Shown here one piece after another: positions 1 through 9,139 of a DNA stretch of 64,000 nucleotides. The number at the start of each line of letters is the position of its first letter. The stretch's first letter is position 1. Position numbers and translations under genes: made by a program. This DNA is from Candidatus Multivoradales bacterium (GTDB taxonomy: Bacteria > Acidobacteriota > Thermoanaerobaculia > Multivoradales > J023): positions 512,001-576,000 of the forward strand of contig CBDFLE010000006.1 in assembly GCA_965248925.1 (NCBI GenBank), written 5' to 3'. The notes beneath the pieces are model-generated. The model saw only the letters and a list, made by a program, of their open reading frames with translations, was not told where the DNA came from and did no database searches.

Positions 1-2252
1 GTTGTCTCCTCAAATGCGCTGTTGTTCGAGTGGTCGTCGTCAACCGTGGCCGAGCCTGCGACGAATGACGCGTTAATAATTCCCGAGATTGCAGCGTCTA
101 TCGCCGCCGTCACTATGCAGGTACCGGACTCGCCGCTGCTCATGTCGCCAATGAAAACTCGAGTCGGGGAACTCGGTTCAAAAAAGCAGTTCGTCGATGA
201 CTCAACAGCCAGTCCAGGTTCTAAGACCACATCGACGAACGCATCGAGCGCTGAGTCAGGTCCCAGGTTCTTGACCTCGATCGAATATTGGATGGACGAG
301 TCTGCGACGATTGGGTCAAAGGAGTCGAGAGAAGAAACTATTGCCAAATCGGCGATGGCAGGATCAACGACCTGTGTGTTCTCCTGCGCTGTGTTGTTGA
401 GTGGATCAGGATCTGCCTCAATCCCGCTCACATCTGCGGCGCTTATGATCGCGCCGGCCTCGTCAGCCGTGACGACGATCTCAATGGACGGATACGTTAA
501 TCCGCTCGCGAGGTCACCGATGGTACATGTAACCACTCGATCCAATTCACTGCAAATGCTTGGCTGATTCGTTGACACAAACGTCGTCACACTTCCAAGA
601 ATTGTGTGGGTGAGCGTGATGCCGCTCGCATCATCTGGGCCGAGGTTTTCCGCCATCACCGAATAGGTTAGGTCCCCACCTACCATCACAGGATCAGGGC
701 TGTCGGCCAGATTCACGCTGAGATCGGCTTCGACGATTGGCGCATCAACAACAGAGAAGGTGAAGTCGGTTGCGTCGAAGACTCCGCTCGACGCATGGCG
801 AACGTAGAATCTCCAATCGGTCGCGATTGCGGCGCTGACAGGAATCGTGACGACTTCTTCGCCGTCATTGGGAGTATCTTCGGTAAAGCGGATCCAGTCG
901 ATACCATCTGGCTCGGTTTGACTCGGCGGTACGATGTCGCGTTTCATTGCCAAGGCCATCAACTCGGTTGGGTCAATACCGGTCGTGGTCCATTCGAGAA
1001 CCTCTGGGTCTCCGTGGCGGTAGGTACTTGGGACAGCTGGCCCAACGATAGTTGCCGTCGGAAGTGCTGGCGTGAATTCGTAAACGTAGGTCGAGCCAGC
1101 GAAGCTAATGCCGCTATGACTGTCAGCTATGGCCCCGACCACAACGAGATCGACGCCTGCCGCCACAGAGTCCCCAAAGCTGTCGAAGGCAGCAGCGTCG
1201 CTTGCAGTCAGCTTCTGCTCCATCCAAGCTCCGCCCACTCTCGTAAACACATAGGCTGCGCCAGAGTCGGTCCCCGCATCGTCGTCTCTGGGAGCTCCGA
1301 CAACAATCCTTTCACCATGAACAGTGACGGATTCTCCGAACCAATCAGCCGCTGAGCCATCGCTCGCGAGGAGCTTTTCCTCCTCGCTCCAACTCGTATC
1401 GCTTCGCACAAAAACATATGCAGAACCAGAGTCTGTCCCAACGTCATCGTCTCTCCGTGCTCCGGCAACGATCGTGTCGGCACTGATCGAGACTGATCGG
1501 CCAAACAGATCGTTCTCGGCTGCATCCCCTGCAATGAGTTTCTGCTGTTGTGACCATGTAGCCCCACCCCGCACAAAGACATAGGCTGCGCCGGCCTGAT
1601 TTCCAGCGTCGCTGTCGTTTGCGGCCCCAACGACGATATCGTCACCGTTGATCCAGACGGAGAGACCGAACCCATTGCCTGTGACATCCCCTGCAATGAG
1701 CTTTTGCTGCTCCACCCACGTCGGCCCGTCCTTCACGAATATATAGACCGCCTCGGAAGCTCCGATAGCAAGAGTTTCACCACTTATTGAGACCGAGAAT
1801 CCCAGGCTGTTGGTCGATGTACCGTCGCTCGTGACAAGTTTTTGATGCTGAATCCAGTTGATCCCATCCCACAAAAAGACATAACCCGAGCCGGAACTAG
1901 CGTTAGTGCGGGGAGCCCCAACTATCAGCGTGTCGCCGGACACTGAGACAGCTGCACCGAACTCCGCGAACGCTTCAGCATCGCTGGCTATCAGCCTCTG
2001 CTGTTCGTCCCACGAGGTCCCATTGTTCGAGAAGACATAGACGGACCCGGAGTCATCTCCAATGTCGTCATCGAATCTCGATCCAATCACTAGATTGTCT
2101 CCGTCTAAGGAAGTGGAGAACCCGAACTGGTCGTTTATTCCAGCATCACTTGCTAGCAATTTCGTCTCTTGAGTAGCTGGCGCTTCTGCGGCACTTCCAG
2201 AGGGTGCTGACAGAATGATGATAGCGGCAATAGAGGTCAAGGTCTGATTCAT
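1..2252 (-). CDS. Secreted FG-GAP repeat (integrin-like beta-propeller) protein with C-terminal DUF11/Ig-like domains; runs off the window start
   Basis: Manual translation from ATG at 2252 (GAGG upstream): signal peptide MNQTLTSIAAIIILSAPSGSAAE, repeats such as KLLASDAGINDQFGFSTSLDGDNLVIGSRFDDDIGDDSGSVYVF, then ADLSVNLADSPDPVMVGGDLTYSVMAENLGPDDA (DUF11-like, two copies). Missing from the ORF track because there is no stop inside the window. Confidence 0.85.
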   Translation of the reverse strand, partial: MNQTLTSIAAIIILSAPSGSAAEAPATQETKLLASDAGINDQFGFSTSLDGDNLVIGSRFDDDIGDDSGSVYVFSNNGTSWDEQQRLIASDAEAFAEFGAAVSVSGDTLIVGAPRTNASSGSGYVFLWDGINWIQHQKLVTSDGTSTNSLGFSVSISGETLAIGASEAVYIFVKDGPTWVEQQKLIAGDVTGNGFGLSVWINGDDIVVGAANDSDAGNQAGAAYVFVRGGATWSQQQKLIAGDAAENDLFGRSVSISADTIVAGARRDDDVGTDSGSAYVFVRSDTSWSEEEKLLASDGSAADWFGESVTVHGERIVVGAPRDDDAGTDSGAAYVFTRVGGAWMEQKLTASDAAAFDSFGDSVAAGVDLVVVGAIADSHSGISFAGSTYVYEFTPALPTATIVGPAVPSTYRHGDPEVLEWTTTGIDPTELMALAMKRDIVPPSQTEPDGIDWIRFTEDTPNDGEEVVTIPVSAAIATDWRFYVRHASSGVFDATDFTFSVVDAPIVEADLSVNLADSPDPVMVGGDLTYSVMAENLGPDDASGITLTHTILGSVTTFVSTNQPSICSELDRVVTCTIGDLASGLTYPSIEIVVTADEAGAIISAADVSGIEADPDPLNNTAQENTQVVDPAIADLAIVSSLDSFDPIVADSSIQYSIEVKNLGPDSALDAFVDVVLEPGLAVESSTNCFFEPSSPTRVFIGDMSSGESGTCIVTAAIDAAISGIINASFVAGSATVDDDHSNNSAFEET

Positions 2253-2389
2253 GAGACATCCTCAATCTAGCGGAAGAAGCGTCCTGTTTACTCGACCCTG
2301 GAATCTTCCGATGACGTTAAGATAATCCGAGGGGTTGATGGAGGGATCTGAAATCCCTTAGACGAGAACTGTTTTGGAATAGGCATCGC

Positions 2390-5284
2390 CTACTTCCCAT
2401 TCTCGGTGACCGCACTTGGAGGACTTTCTGCCTCCTGACATGTGCCTTGCTGACTGCGAAACCTCCTCGCAAGCTCCTGCTCATGTTCCGCTACCTTCTC
2501 GCGTTGGCCCGATTGGCGATAGAAGTCCAAGACTCGTTGCAATGTGCGAATCGCTGGTGGGCTTGCCCTCCCAGGATTCTTATCTAGCGACCGGAGGCTT
2601 GCCAAAAGAAGCGATTCTGCTGCGGCAGATTCGCCAAGACCCATAAGCGAACAGCCTAGGATGCCTTTCGCATTCCAGTGCTTCCAGTGTCCAGCTGGCA
2701 ACTCTGCAGCAAGCGTGTTGATTGCTTCCTTTGCCAGCTCTTTCGACTTGGCGTAGTTCCCTCGGGCGCACTCCAAAATAGCGATCTGAAGATGGACATC
2801 TGCGACGTGTTCATGGTGCTTACCTAGATCTCGTTCGCGAATCTGAAGCGCACGGTTGAGTACCTCTTGAGACTCGCTAAGTGACCCCTGATCCAGAAGA
2901 ATCGCTCCTAGTTCATGAAGCGCTTGAGCGGCCTTTAGGCTATCCGTCCCGACTAGCTCCGTTTCGATAGATAGCGCTTCTCGCGAATAGAGCTCGGCCC
3001 TATCCAGAGAGCTTCTGGAACGGTGGACCTTCCCGAGGCTGACCAGAATAAATGGCAGTATGGGAGGAGGCTTTGTCGCCTGGCGAACGAGTTGGAGGGC
3101 GGTTTCGAGGTGCTTTTGGGCGTCGCAGTAGTTGCCTTGTAACCAGAGCACTTCTGCAAGATAAACTGCTGTAGTTTGTGTTAGATGATGTTGTTCGCCG
3201 AGTAGCTGGCGTCTTGTTTCAAGAGCTCTCGTTATGAGCTCCGTAGCTTGTTGTAGGTCGCCTTTGTATTGGTGGAGAAACCGTCCGTAGCTTGTGTAGC
3301 TGTAGGCAAGATGTGAGTGTGGATCTTGGAAGAGGCGCTTGCGCATCTCAAGAGCTTCTAGATAAAGCGGCTCGGCCTCGCTCTCTTTGCCGCGATCTCT
3401 GAGCAAAATGGCTAGGTTGTCTATGCTCTTTGCGAGTTCGATGTGGTCGCCTGGATATGCCTGTCTAAGAACTGCCAGAGCTCGGCGGTCGAGCTTTTCT
3501 GTTGCCTCAAGGTTACCTCGTATCCAGAAAATCGTTGCTAGGTTATTCAGGCTATATGCTGTCTCTTCATGTTGCTCTCCCAGCTGCGAGAGCCGGATTT
3601 CAAGTGCCTGTCGGAACATGTCTTCTGCCTCGTCATATTCTCCCAGCTCCTGCTTCAAAGTTGCCAGGTCGTTGAGAGCAGAGGCATGCTGGGCACTTTC
3701 CCGCCCCATAGCCTTCAGCGAGTCACCGACCGATGATTGAAGGTGGCCCTCAGCCTTACCGAACAGGCCTAGGACGCGATAGATTTCTCCGATAACTCCT
3801 TCTACCTCTGCGCGAATAGCGGGTTCTTGGGCCAGCTCTTCGTAGACTTTCTGTGATCCGTTTTCGAGAACCTGGGCTACTGCAATGGCTCCAACATGCG
3901 CTTCGTCGGGCTCGGAGTTCTCGAAGAGGCCAATAAGGAAACGTCGAGTAACATTGGCCTGCCGAAGGCGGTGCTGGGCCAGGTCGCGCTGACGAACGGT
4001 TTCTTGGTACTGTCCCCACAACGCAAATGCCGCGATTCCAATGACAACCAAGAAAAGCCCGGCGATGGCGAGCCCAATCCGGTTCCTCTTGAGGAATTTT
4101 CGAGCCTTGTAGCCAGGGCTCGGCTCGCGAGCGTCGATAGGAAGGCCCGTGAGGTACTTCTCTATATCGTCGGCAAGCTTCTGAACGGTGGGATAACGCC
4201 TACCTGGCTCCTTCCGCAGCGCCATCAAGACGATGGTGTCGAGATCACCTTCGAGCTTCCGTTTGAAGCTGGCGGTCGTGGGATCGGTGGCAGGCGGGTC
4301 TTCCGATGACTCGGATTTGCTCGTCTCCGTCAATACCGTGCTGGGAGGTTCTGGTGTCTGGTCACAGACGATACTCCGGATTTCTTTCTCAGCCTGCGCT
4401 TTCAGACGGTAAGGACGATTGCCAGCGAGTAGTTCGTAGAGCAGGATGCCCAAGGAGTACACGTCGCTGGCAATGTGGATATCCTGACCGGTGATCTGCT
4501 CAGGGCTGGCGTAGTCGGGGGTGAAGAGCTTCTGGTCGCCGCCGGTGAGCACAGTGACGCCGACGTTTACCGCTGCACCCTCTTCCGCGAGCAACTTGGC
4601 CACACCGAAGTCGAGAAGCTTGGGTTCACCGTCGGTGGTTACCAGTACATTGCTTGGCTTGAGATCGCGATGGATGACGAGCTTGGTGTGGGCGTATTGC
4701 ACCGCGTCGCAGACTTTCTGGAAGAGTCGCAATCGGTCTTCCAGGGAGAGCTTCTCATCGCGGCAGTAGGCGTCGATCCTTTTCCCCTCGATGTACTCCA
4801 TTAGGTAGTAGAGGCGGCCGTCTTCGGTTCGGCCACCACTGTGGAGCTGGGCGATATTGGGGTGCTTGAGTTTGGCAAGAATGCCCATTTCCTGAAGAAA
4901 ACGCTGCTCGGCTTCGTCGCTCGTCTGGCCTGCCGGCAGGGTTGCCTGAAGGACTTTCAGGGCAACTTCGTGTTCGAATTCGTCCCCGATTCTGCTCGCC
5001 AGGTAGACGATTCCCATGCCGCCGCTGCCGAGTTTCCGAATGACCCGATACGCACCGACCTCGCTGTCTTTTTCGAGTTCATCCGTCTCACCGAGAATCC
5101 GGATGGGTGACTGCTCCATGAAGTCGACCTTCTCCAAGTCGGCATTCAGGAAGGACTCGACCTCTTGATGCAGCTCGCGGTCGTCGCCGCAGGCTTGATC
5201 CAGGAAGGCACTTCTTTCTTCACCGGAAAGCTCCCGAGCTTCCAAGGCGATGCTTCTGACGATCTTCCAGCGTTCAGAGTCCAT
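2390..5284 (-). CDS. Hanks-type Ser/Thr protein kinase with TM helix and C-terminal TPR array (ECF-associated kinase)
   Basis: GSGGMGIVY, VALK, HRDLKPSN, DFG and TPDYASPEQ motifs; TM segment; many TPR repeats; N-terminal MDSERWKIVR...ERSAFLDQACGDD typical of ECF-linked kinases. Confidence 0.95.
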   Translation of the reverse strand: MDSERWKIVRSIALEARELSGEERSAFLDQACGDDRELHQEVESFLNADLEKVDFMEQSPIRILGETDELEKDSEVGAYRVIRKLGSGGMGIVYLASRIGDEFEHEVALKVLQATLPAGQTSDEAEQRFLQEMGILAKLKHPNIAQLHSGGRTEDGRLYYLMEYIEGKRIDAYCRDEKLSLEDRLRLFQKVCDAVQYAHTKLVIHRDLKPSNVLVTTDGEPKLLDFGVAKLLAEEGAAVNVGVTVLTGGDQKLFTPDYASPEQITGQDIHIASDVYSLGILLYELLAGNRPYRLKAQAEKEIRSIVCDQTPEPPSTVLTETSKSESSEDPPATDPTTASFKRKLEGDLDTIVLMALRKEPGRRYPTVQKLADDIEKYLTGLPIDAREPSPGYKARKFLKRNRIGLAIAGLFLVVIGIAAFALWGQYQETVRQRDLAQHRLRQANVTRRFLIGLFENSEPDEAHVGAIAVAQVLENGSQKVYEELAQEPAIRAEVEGVIGEIYRVLGLFGKAEGHLQSSVGDSLKAMGRESAQHASALNDLATLKQELGEYDEAEDMFRQALEIRLSQLGEQHEETAYSLNNLATIFWIRGNLEATEKLDRRALAVLRQAYPGDHIELAKSIDNLAILLRDRGKESEAEPLYLEALEMRKRLFQDPHSHLAYSYTSYGRFLHQYKGDLQQATELITRALETRRQLLGEQHHLTQTTAVYLAEVLWLQGNYCDAQKHLETALQLVRQATKPPPILPFILVSLGKVHRSRSSLDRAELYSREALSIETELVGTDSLKAAQALHELGAILLDQGSLSESQEVLNRALQIRERDLGKHHEHVADVHLQIAILECARGNYAKSKELAKEAINTLAAELPAGHWKHWNAKGILGCSLMGLGESAAAESLLLASLRSLDKNPGRASPPAIRTLQRVLDFYRQSGQREKVAEHEQELARRFRSQQGTCQEAESPPSAVTENGK

Positions 5285-5361
5285 ATTGCTCGATGTCCAT
5301 TCGTTGGCAGGACGATTTGGCCTTCTCGATCTACGAAGGCGAGGTTTGGGGAAGAACTGGC

Positions 5362-5970
5362 TCAGTCGGGCGGAAGTGATCGCTCGACGTCGTCACCCAG
5401 CTCTCGGGCGAGGAACATCTTGGCGGCCGTCCAACGGCGGGTCACCTTGGCGCGGGACCAACCCAAAACCTGAGCGATCTCTTCACCAGTGAGACCCGCG
5501 AAAAACTTCAAATCGACGACCTCCGCAGCCTTGGGATCGACCTCTCTCAGCCGTTCCAGAGCCCGGTCGAGGTCGAGCAGTACGGCAGAGTCGATGTCGG
5601 TCTCTGTCGCTCGGTCCGTCGCGCCGGTCAGGGACACCATGGTGACCTTGCCGGGCCGCTTCGCTCTCTTTTTGTGGTTCGCGTGGTCGATCAGGATGAG
5701 GCGAATGAGCTTCCCCGCGAAAGCGAAAAACTGCTTGCGGGTGTCCCAGTTCGTGCTCGGCCAGCCCATCAAGCGTAGGGTAAGCTCGCTGACGATCGCG
5801 GTCGGCTGAAGAGTATGGTTGCCATCTTCCCGCTGGAAGTAGAACTGAGCGGCTCTTCGCAGCTCGGGCTCGACTTCAGTGATGAGCGCGTCCAGGGCTC
5901 CATCTTCGCCTCGGCTCCAGGCTTGGAGAATGCCCGTAATGTCATCGGACGTCGCGATAGCGGTCGTCAT
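5362..5970 (-). CDS. ECF sigma factor, kinase-associated (TIGR02999/ECF43-like)
   Basis: DITGILQAWSRGEDGALDAL, HTLQPTAIVSE, VVDLKFFAGLTGEEIA; lies immediately upstream of the kinase. Confidence 0.9.
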   Translation of the reverse strand: MTTAIATSDDITGILQAWSRGEDGALDALITEVEPELRRAAQFYFQREDGNHTLQPTAIVSELTLRLMGWPSTNWDTRKQFFAFAGKLIRLILIDHANHKKRAKRPGKVTMVSLTGATDRATETDIDSAVLLDLDRALERLREVDPKAAEVVDLKFFAGLTGEEIAQVLGWSRAKVTRRWTAAKMFLARELGDDVERSLPPD

Positions 5971-6153
5971 ACTGTTCCCCCTCTCGGATCACAGATCCAA
6001 TTCGGCACCCCACCGACGGGTCGCTACCAAGGTCGGTTGGGGCGGGTGTGCAAGGCCAGATTCTTAGCGATCTCACGAGCAGCATATACGTTTTCTCTTT
6101 CTTCCTGCATTCCAGAAGAAGTCAGTCTGGTCGTCATCTGCAGCCTCATGACC

Positions 6154-6663
6154 TCAGTAGGCGAGCTTCCGGCACTGCTCCTCCGTGGCTCGCTGGATTC
6201 GCTCGACGGTTCTCTGGAGCCGCTCCTCTGCCTGCTCGCGGCTCTCTTGGAAGGTCTGCATGGTGATGGATTCGAACGGCGTCTTGCCCTTGATGGTCAG
6301 CCATTCATCACCGCCGTCTACCTGGTTGATGAAGCAGATCTCATCCAGCACGAATGCTTGTCCGAGGCACCAATTTCCGTGGAACAAGCGCTCGGCCAGC
6401 TCTCGGATGTCGCGGCAAAAGGTGAAGCTCAAAACGGTGAAGGGCGGATCGACCGCCTCTTGGATCCAAGGATTCTGGCGGCCAATCGCCACCCACCAGG
6501 CGAGCTGTTCCCGTTGTTCGGTCGTCAGCTCGGCTATCTTGGCTTCACAGCGGCTACGGAATTCCTCGGATGATTCGGAGAGCCCATAGAAATAGGAGTC
6601 AGCGCAGAGATCCTGCGCGAGGATCGGGAGGTCGTCCCGAGATTTGTCGGTGTCAGATGGCAT
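6154..6663 (-). CDS. Hypothetical protein of the mobile element
   Basis: ORF with a natural-looking sequence (FHGNWCLGQAF...CFINQVDGGDEWLTIK); ATG at 6663 has the same pyrimidine-rich leader as its neighbours. Confidence 0.7.
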   Translation of the reverse strand: MPSDTDKSRDDLPILAQDLCADSYFYGLSESSEEFRSRCEAKIAELTTEQREQLAWWVAIGRQNPWIQEAVDPPFTVLSFTFCRDIRELAERLFHGNWCLGQAFVLDEICFINQVDGGDEWLTIKGKTPFESITMQTFQESREQAEERLQRTVERIQRATEEQCRKLAY

Positions 6664-6706
6664 GGTCGGTGGGATGAGAGGCGGGAAAGGTGCAGGCATG
6701 AAGGTG

Positions 6707-6973
6707 TCACGCCGCGAGGGCTTGGTCGTCATTGGCCGCACCGAGGTCGCAAGGGCGAACGTCGGGGGTCTGTTGCCCGGTCCACATGGAAAGGCGGCGG
6801 CGTGCTCTCGATCGGGTGTGGGTCAACCGCGAGCACGGGAAGCGTGCGATCTCGCAGGTTGGCTGCTCGTCGCGATCGGCCTTTGCGCGACTCTGAACCC
6901 GCTCGGATTTCAGGTTCTGGAAATCGACTCGCTCTGGCTTCAGGCATTGAGCCTGGACTCGTTCTGGTTTCAT
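6707..6973 (-). CDS. Small hypothetical protein with three 10-aa repeats (xKPERV)
   Basis: MKPERVQAQC-LKPERVDFQN-LKSERVQSR; pyrimidine-rich leader; fills the gap between co-oriented genes. Confidence 0.45.
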   Translation of the reverse strand: MKPERVQAQCLKPERVDFQNLKSERVQSRAKADRDEQPTCEIARFPCSRLTHTRSRARRRLSMWTGQQTPDVRPCDLGAANDDQALAA

Positions 6974-7032
6974 GGGGAATAGGGGTGAAAGAACAAAAGG
7001 GCAAAAGGGATCAGGAACTGAGAAAGGGCAGA

Positions 7033-7638
7033 TCAGGTGGCCTGCCAGGTTTCCTCCTCGGCGCTCAGGCTTCCGTGTTCAAGCTGTTGCCGGACGTAGA
7101 AGTTGACGCCAGCGACGGTCATCTCGTAGAGATCAATGTGGATACCCTCGCCTTCGATGTTGCGGTACTCGTAGACGCTCCACGGAGGCTCATCGCGCTC
7201 GGCGTAGTGCCGAAAAAGCTCGTAGGGGTTGTCGGCGAGGAGATCTTCGACGGGGAGATCTTTCTCGTCCAAGAGTTCTTCGATCTCCCGGAAAGCGTCA
7301 CGGGCGCGCTCTTCGCCGAGATAGCCGACGACCATCGCCGTCATCGTCTCGATGCGCGAGCGCAGTTCGCCAATCGTGACCGCACCGAGTTCCAGGTCGT
7401 AGTCCTGGGCGTAGTGATCCAGGAGGGTGAGCCGGTGGTCGAGATCCAGATCCAGGATCAGGCATTCATCGACGTACCAATCTTCAGCAGCTTCGCGGCA
7501 TTCTTCGATGGTGGCTTGCTTGTCGAACCGGAGCCGGTCTTGCACCAATTCGAGCTGACGGGCGCAGGCGGTGGCAACGGCTTCCTCAGCTTCAGCGCTG
7601 AGGCGAGAGTGGCCACCGCGAGAAAGGTATTCGGACAT
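7033..7638 (-). CDS. Acidic hypothetical protein
   Basis: 201-aa ORF co-oriented with and directly downstream of the relaxase. Confidence 0.7.
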   Translation of the reverse strand: MSEYLSRGGHSRLSAEAEEAVATACARQLELVQDRLRFDKQATIEECREAAEDWYVDECLILDLDLDHRLTLLDHYAQDYDLELGAVTIGELRSRIETMTAMVVGYLGEERARDAFREIEELLDEKDLPVEDLLADNPYELFRHYAERDEPPWSVYEYRNIEGEGIHIDLYEMTVAGVNFYVRQQLEHGSLSAEEETWQAT

Positions 7639-7676
7639 GGGAAAGGGGGTGAAGGGATGAAAAGCAAAATGAGAGG

Positions 7677-8588
7677 TCAGCGATCCCGCTCAGGAGTCCG
7701 GGAATGCTGTTGTTCGCATTGGGTGCTGTCGGCCAGCGACCTGAGCTGTTCGGGAAGGCGCCGCCAGCCGGCACGAACTCGCTCGAAGGTGTCCGCGAGC
7801 CCGAGAGTCTTGAGGCGGTACTTGCGTCCCTTCACAGACGGGTCGCTGATGCGACATCCTTCGAGGTCTTCGATGCCGATGGTCTTGCCACGCCTGTAGA
7901 GTCTGAGCCCATGGTCCAGCAATCGGCGGTAGCAGTCGGGACCGGAACGGGCGACGGCCAGCTCACTGGCAATCACTTCGCGAATGGTCTCCTTACGGCT
8001 TGGGCTCCGGTCGCCACGCCCAAGGCGACGGCGGCGTTCTTGCTCGGATCTCGTTTCCCGCACTTCCCGGTCGCCTCGTGGCTGCCGTGACCTTCGTGAC
8101 CTCCGGCCTTGCGCCAGGGAGTTGGTGAGGAACGGGTAGCGCTTTTTCTGGTACTGCTCCAGCTCGCGCTGGATCTGGCGGAAATGCTGTTTCGAGAGTC
8201 GGAGCCGCTGGCTGGCGCCGACGTTGTTCGCCGAGATCAACAGATGGACGTGCGGGCAATCGGTGTCGTAGTGCGCCTTGGCGTAGGCGAGGGCGTACGG
8301 AGCCCGGAGATCGAGATAGCGTCGCGTCAGATCTTCCTGAATGGCGGGGGTCAGGGCCGAGCTATCGCCTTCCCCGAAACTCAGGATCTCGTGGTAGAGC
8401 ACGTTCCCGTTCTTACGTGCCGGGAGCAGGTGAGCGTTGGTGTTGAACTCGCCGCGAATGGCGGCAGGGTCGTCTTGGTGGATCTGGAGGTTGTGCAGAA
8501 GCGCGGAGCCGGTCTTCTCCGGTGCGCTGAAATAGTCCAGCAGCTGGCCGAAGGAAACGCTCTTACGCGCCATCGACTTGATCATCAT
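7677..8588 (-). CDS. MOB_P-type relaxase/mobilization nuclease
   Basis: Motif I (QLLDYF), motif II (YHEILSF), HUH motif III (AHYDTDCPHVHLLIS); start MMIKSMARK at 8588. Confidence 0.9.
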   Translation of the reverse strand: MMIKSMARKSVSFGQLLDYFSAPEKTGSALLHNLQIHQDDPAAIRGEFNTNAHLLPARKNGNVLYHEILSFGEGDSSALTPAIQEDLTRRYLDLRAPYALAYAKAHYDTDCPHVHLLISANNVGASQRLRLSKQHFRQIQRELEQYQKKRYPFLTNSLAQGRRSRRSRQPRGDREVRETRSEQERRRRLGRGDRSPSRKETIREVIASELAVARSGPDCYRRLLDHGLRLYRRGKTIGIEDLEGCRISDPSVKGRKYRLKTLGLADTFERVRAGWRRLPEQLRSLADSTQCEQQHSRTPERDR

Positions 8589-9139
8589 GGGGATCTGTTG
8601 AAGAGGAGGAGGAAGACGGGAGAGATTCAAGAACGACGCGGAGCATGGTCACCTGACGCTCCAGCATCACAACCAGTTGGGCACCTTTGCGGAGGTCATC
8701 GTGGGTGAGCCGTTGGTAGGTGCTGGCGCGATCGGCGATCTGGTGGAAGCTGGTACCGACCCGGCGAATCTCCTGGACCATGCCTTGTAGGCGAGATTCC
8801 AGGGATGCTGGTAGGAGCGATTTTCGATCGAGGTACGCCAGCCCTACGTCGCGCAGGAAGGGTGCGACACGGCTATGAAATTGGTTAGCAGCATGCGAGA
8901 TCTTGAAGTACTGATCCGGGTAGAGTGCCTGCACCGACGGAAACCGACCACCGATTCCGATTGAAAGTGACCAGTGATTCCAACGGAATCTGACCATCGA
9001 TTCCGATCGAAAGTGACCACTTTTCCGGGTCGATCGGAATGGGTGGTCAGATTGGATCGGAATCCTGGCCACGGCGGAGTTCGACGGTAGCGCGCTCCTC
9101 ACAATTGGGGTATTCCAGCCTCCTTGAAAGGAGAATTGG

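Noticed and set aside
22-1696. Several ORFs in the provided track at the window start
   Set aside because: Shadows or alternative frames of the long minus-strand FG-GAP/DUF11 gene
6802-7899. 365-aa plus-strand ORF
   Set aside because: Antisense shadow of the relaxase-operon genes
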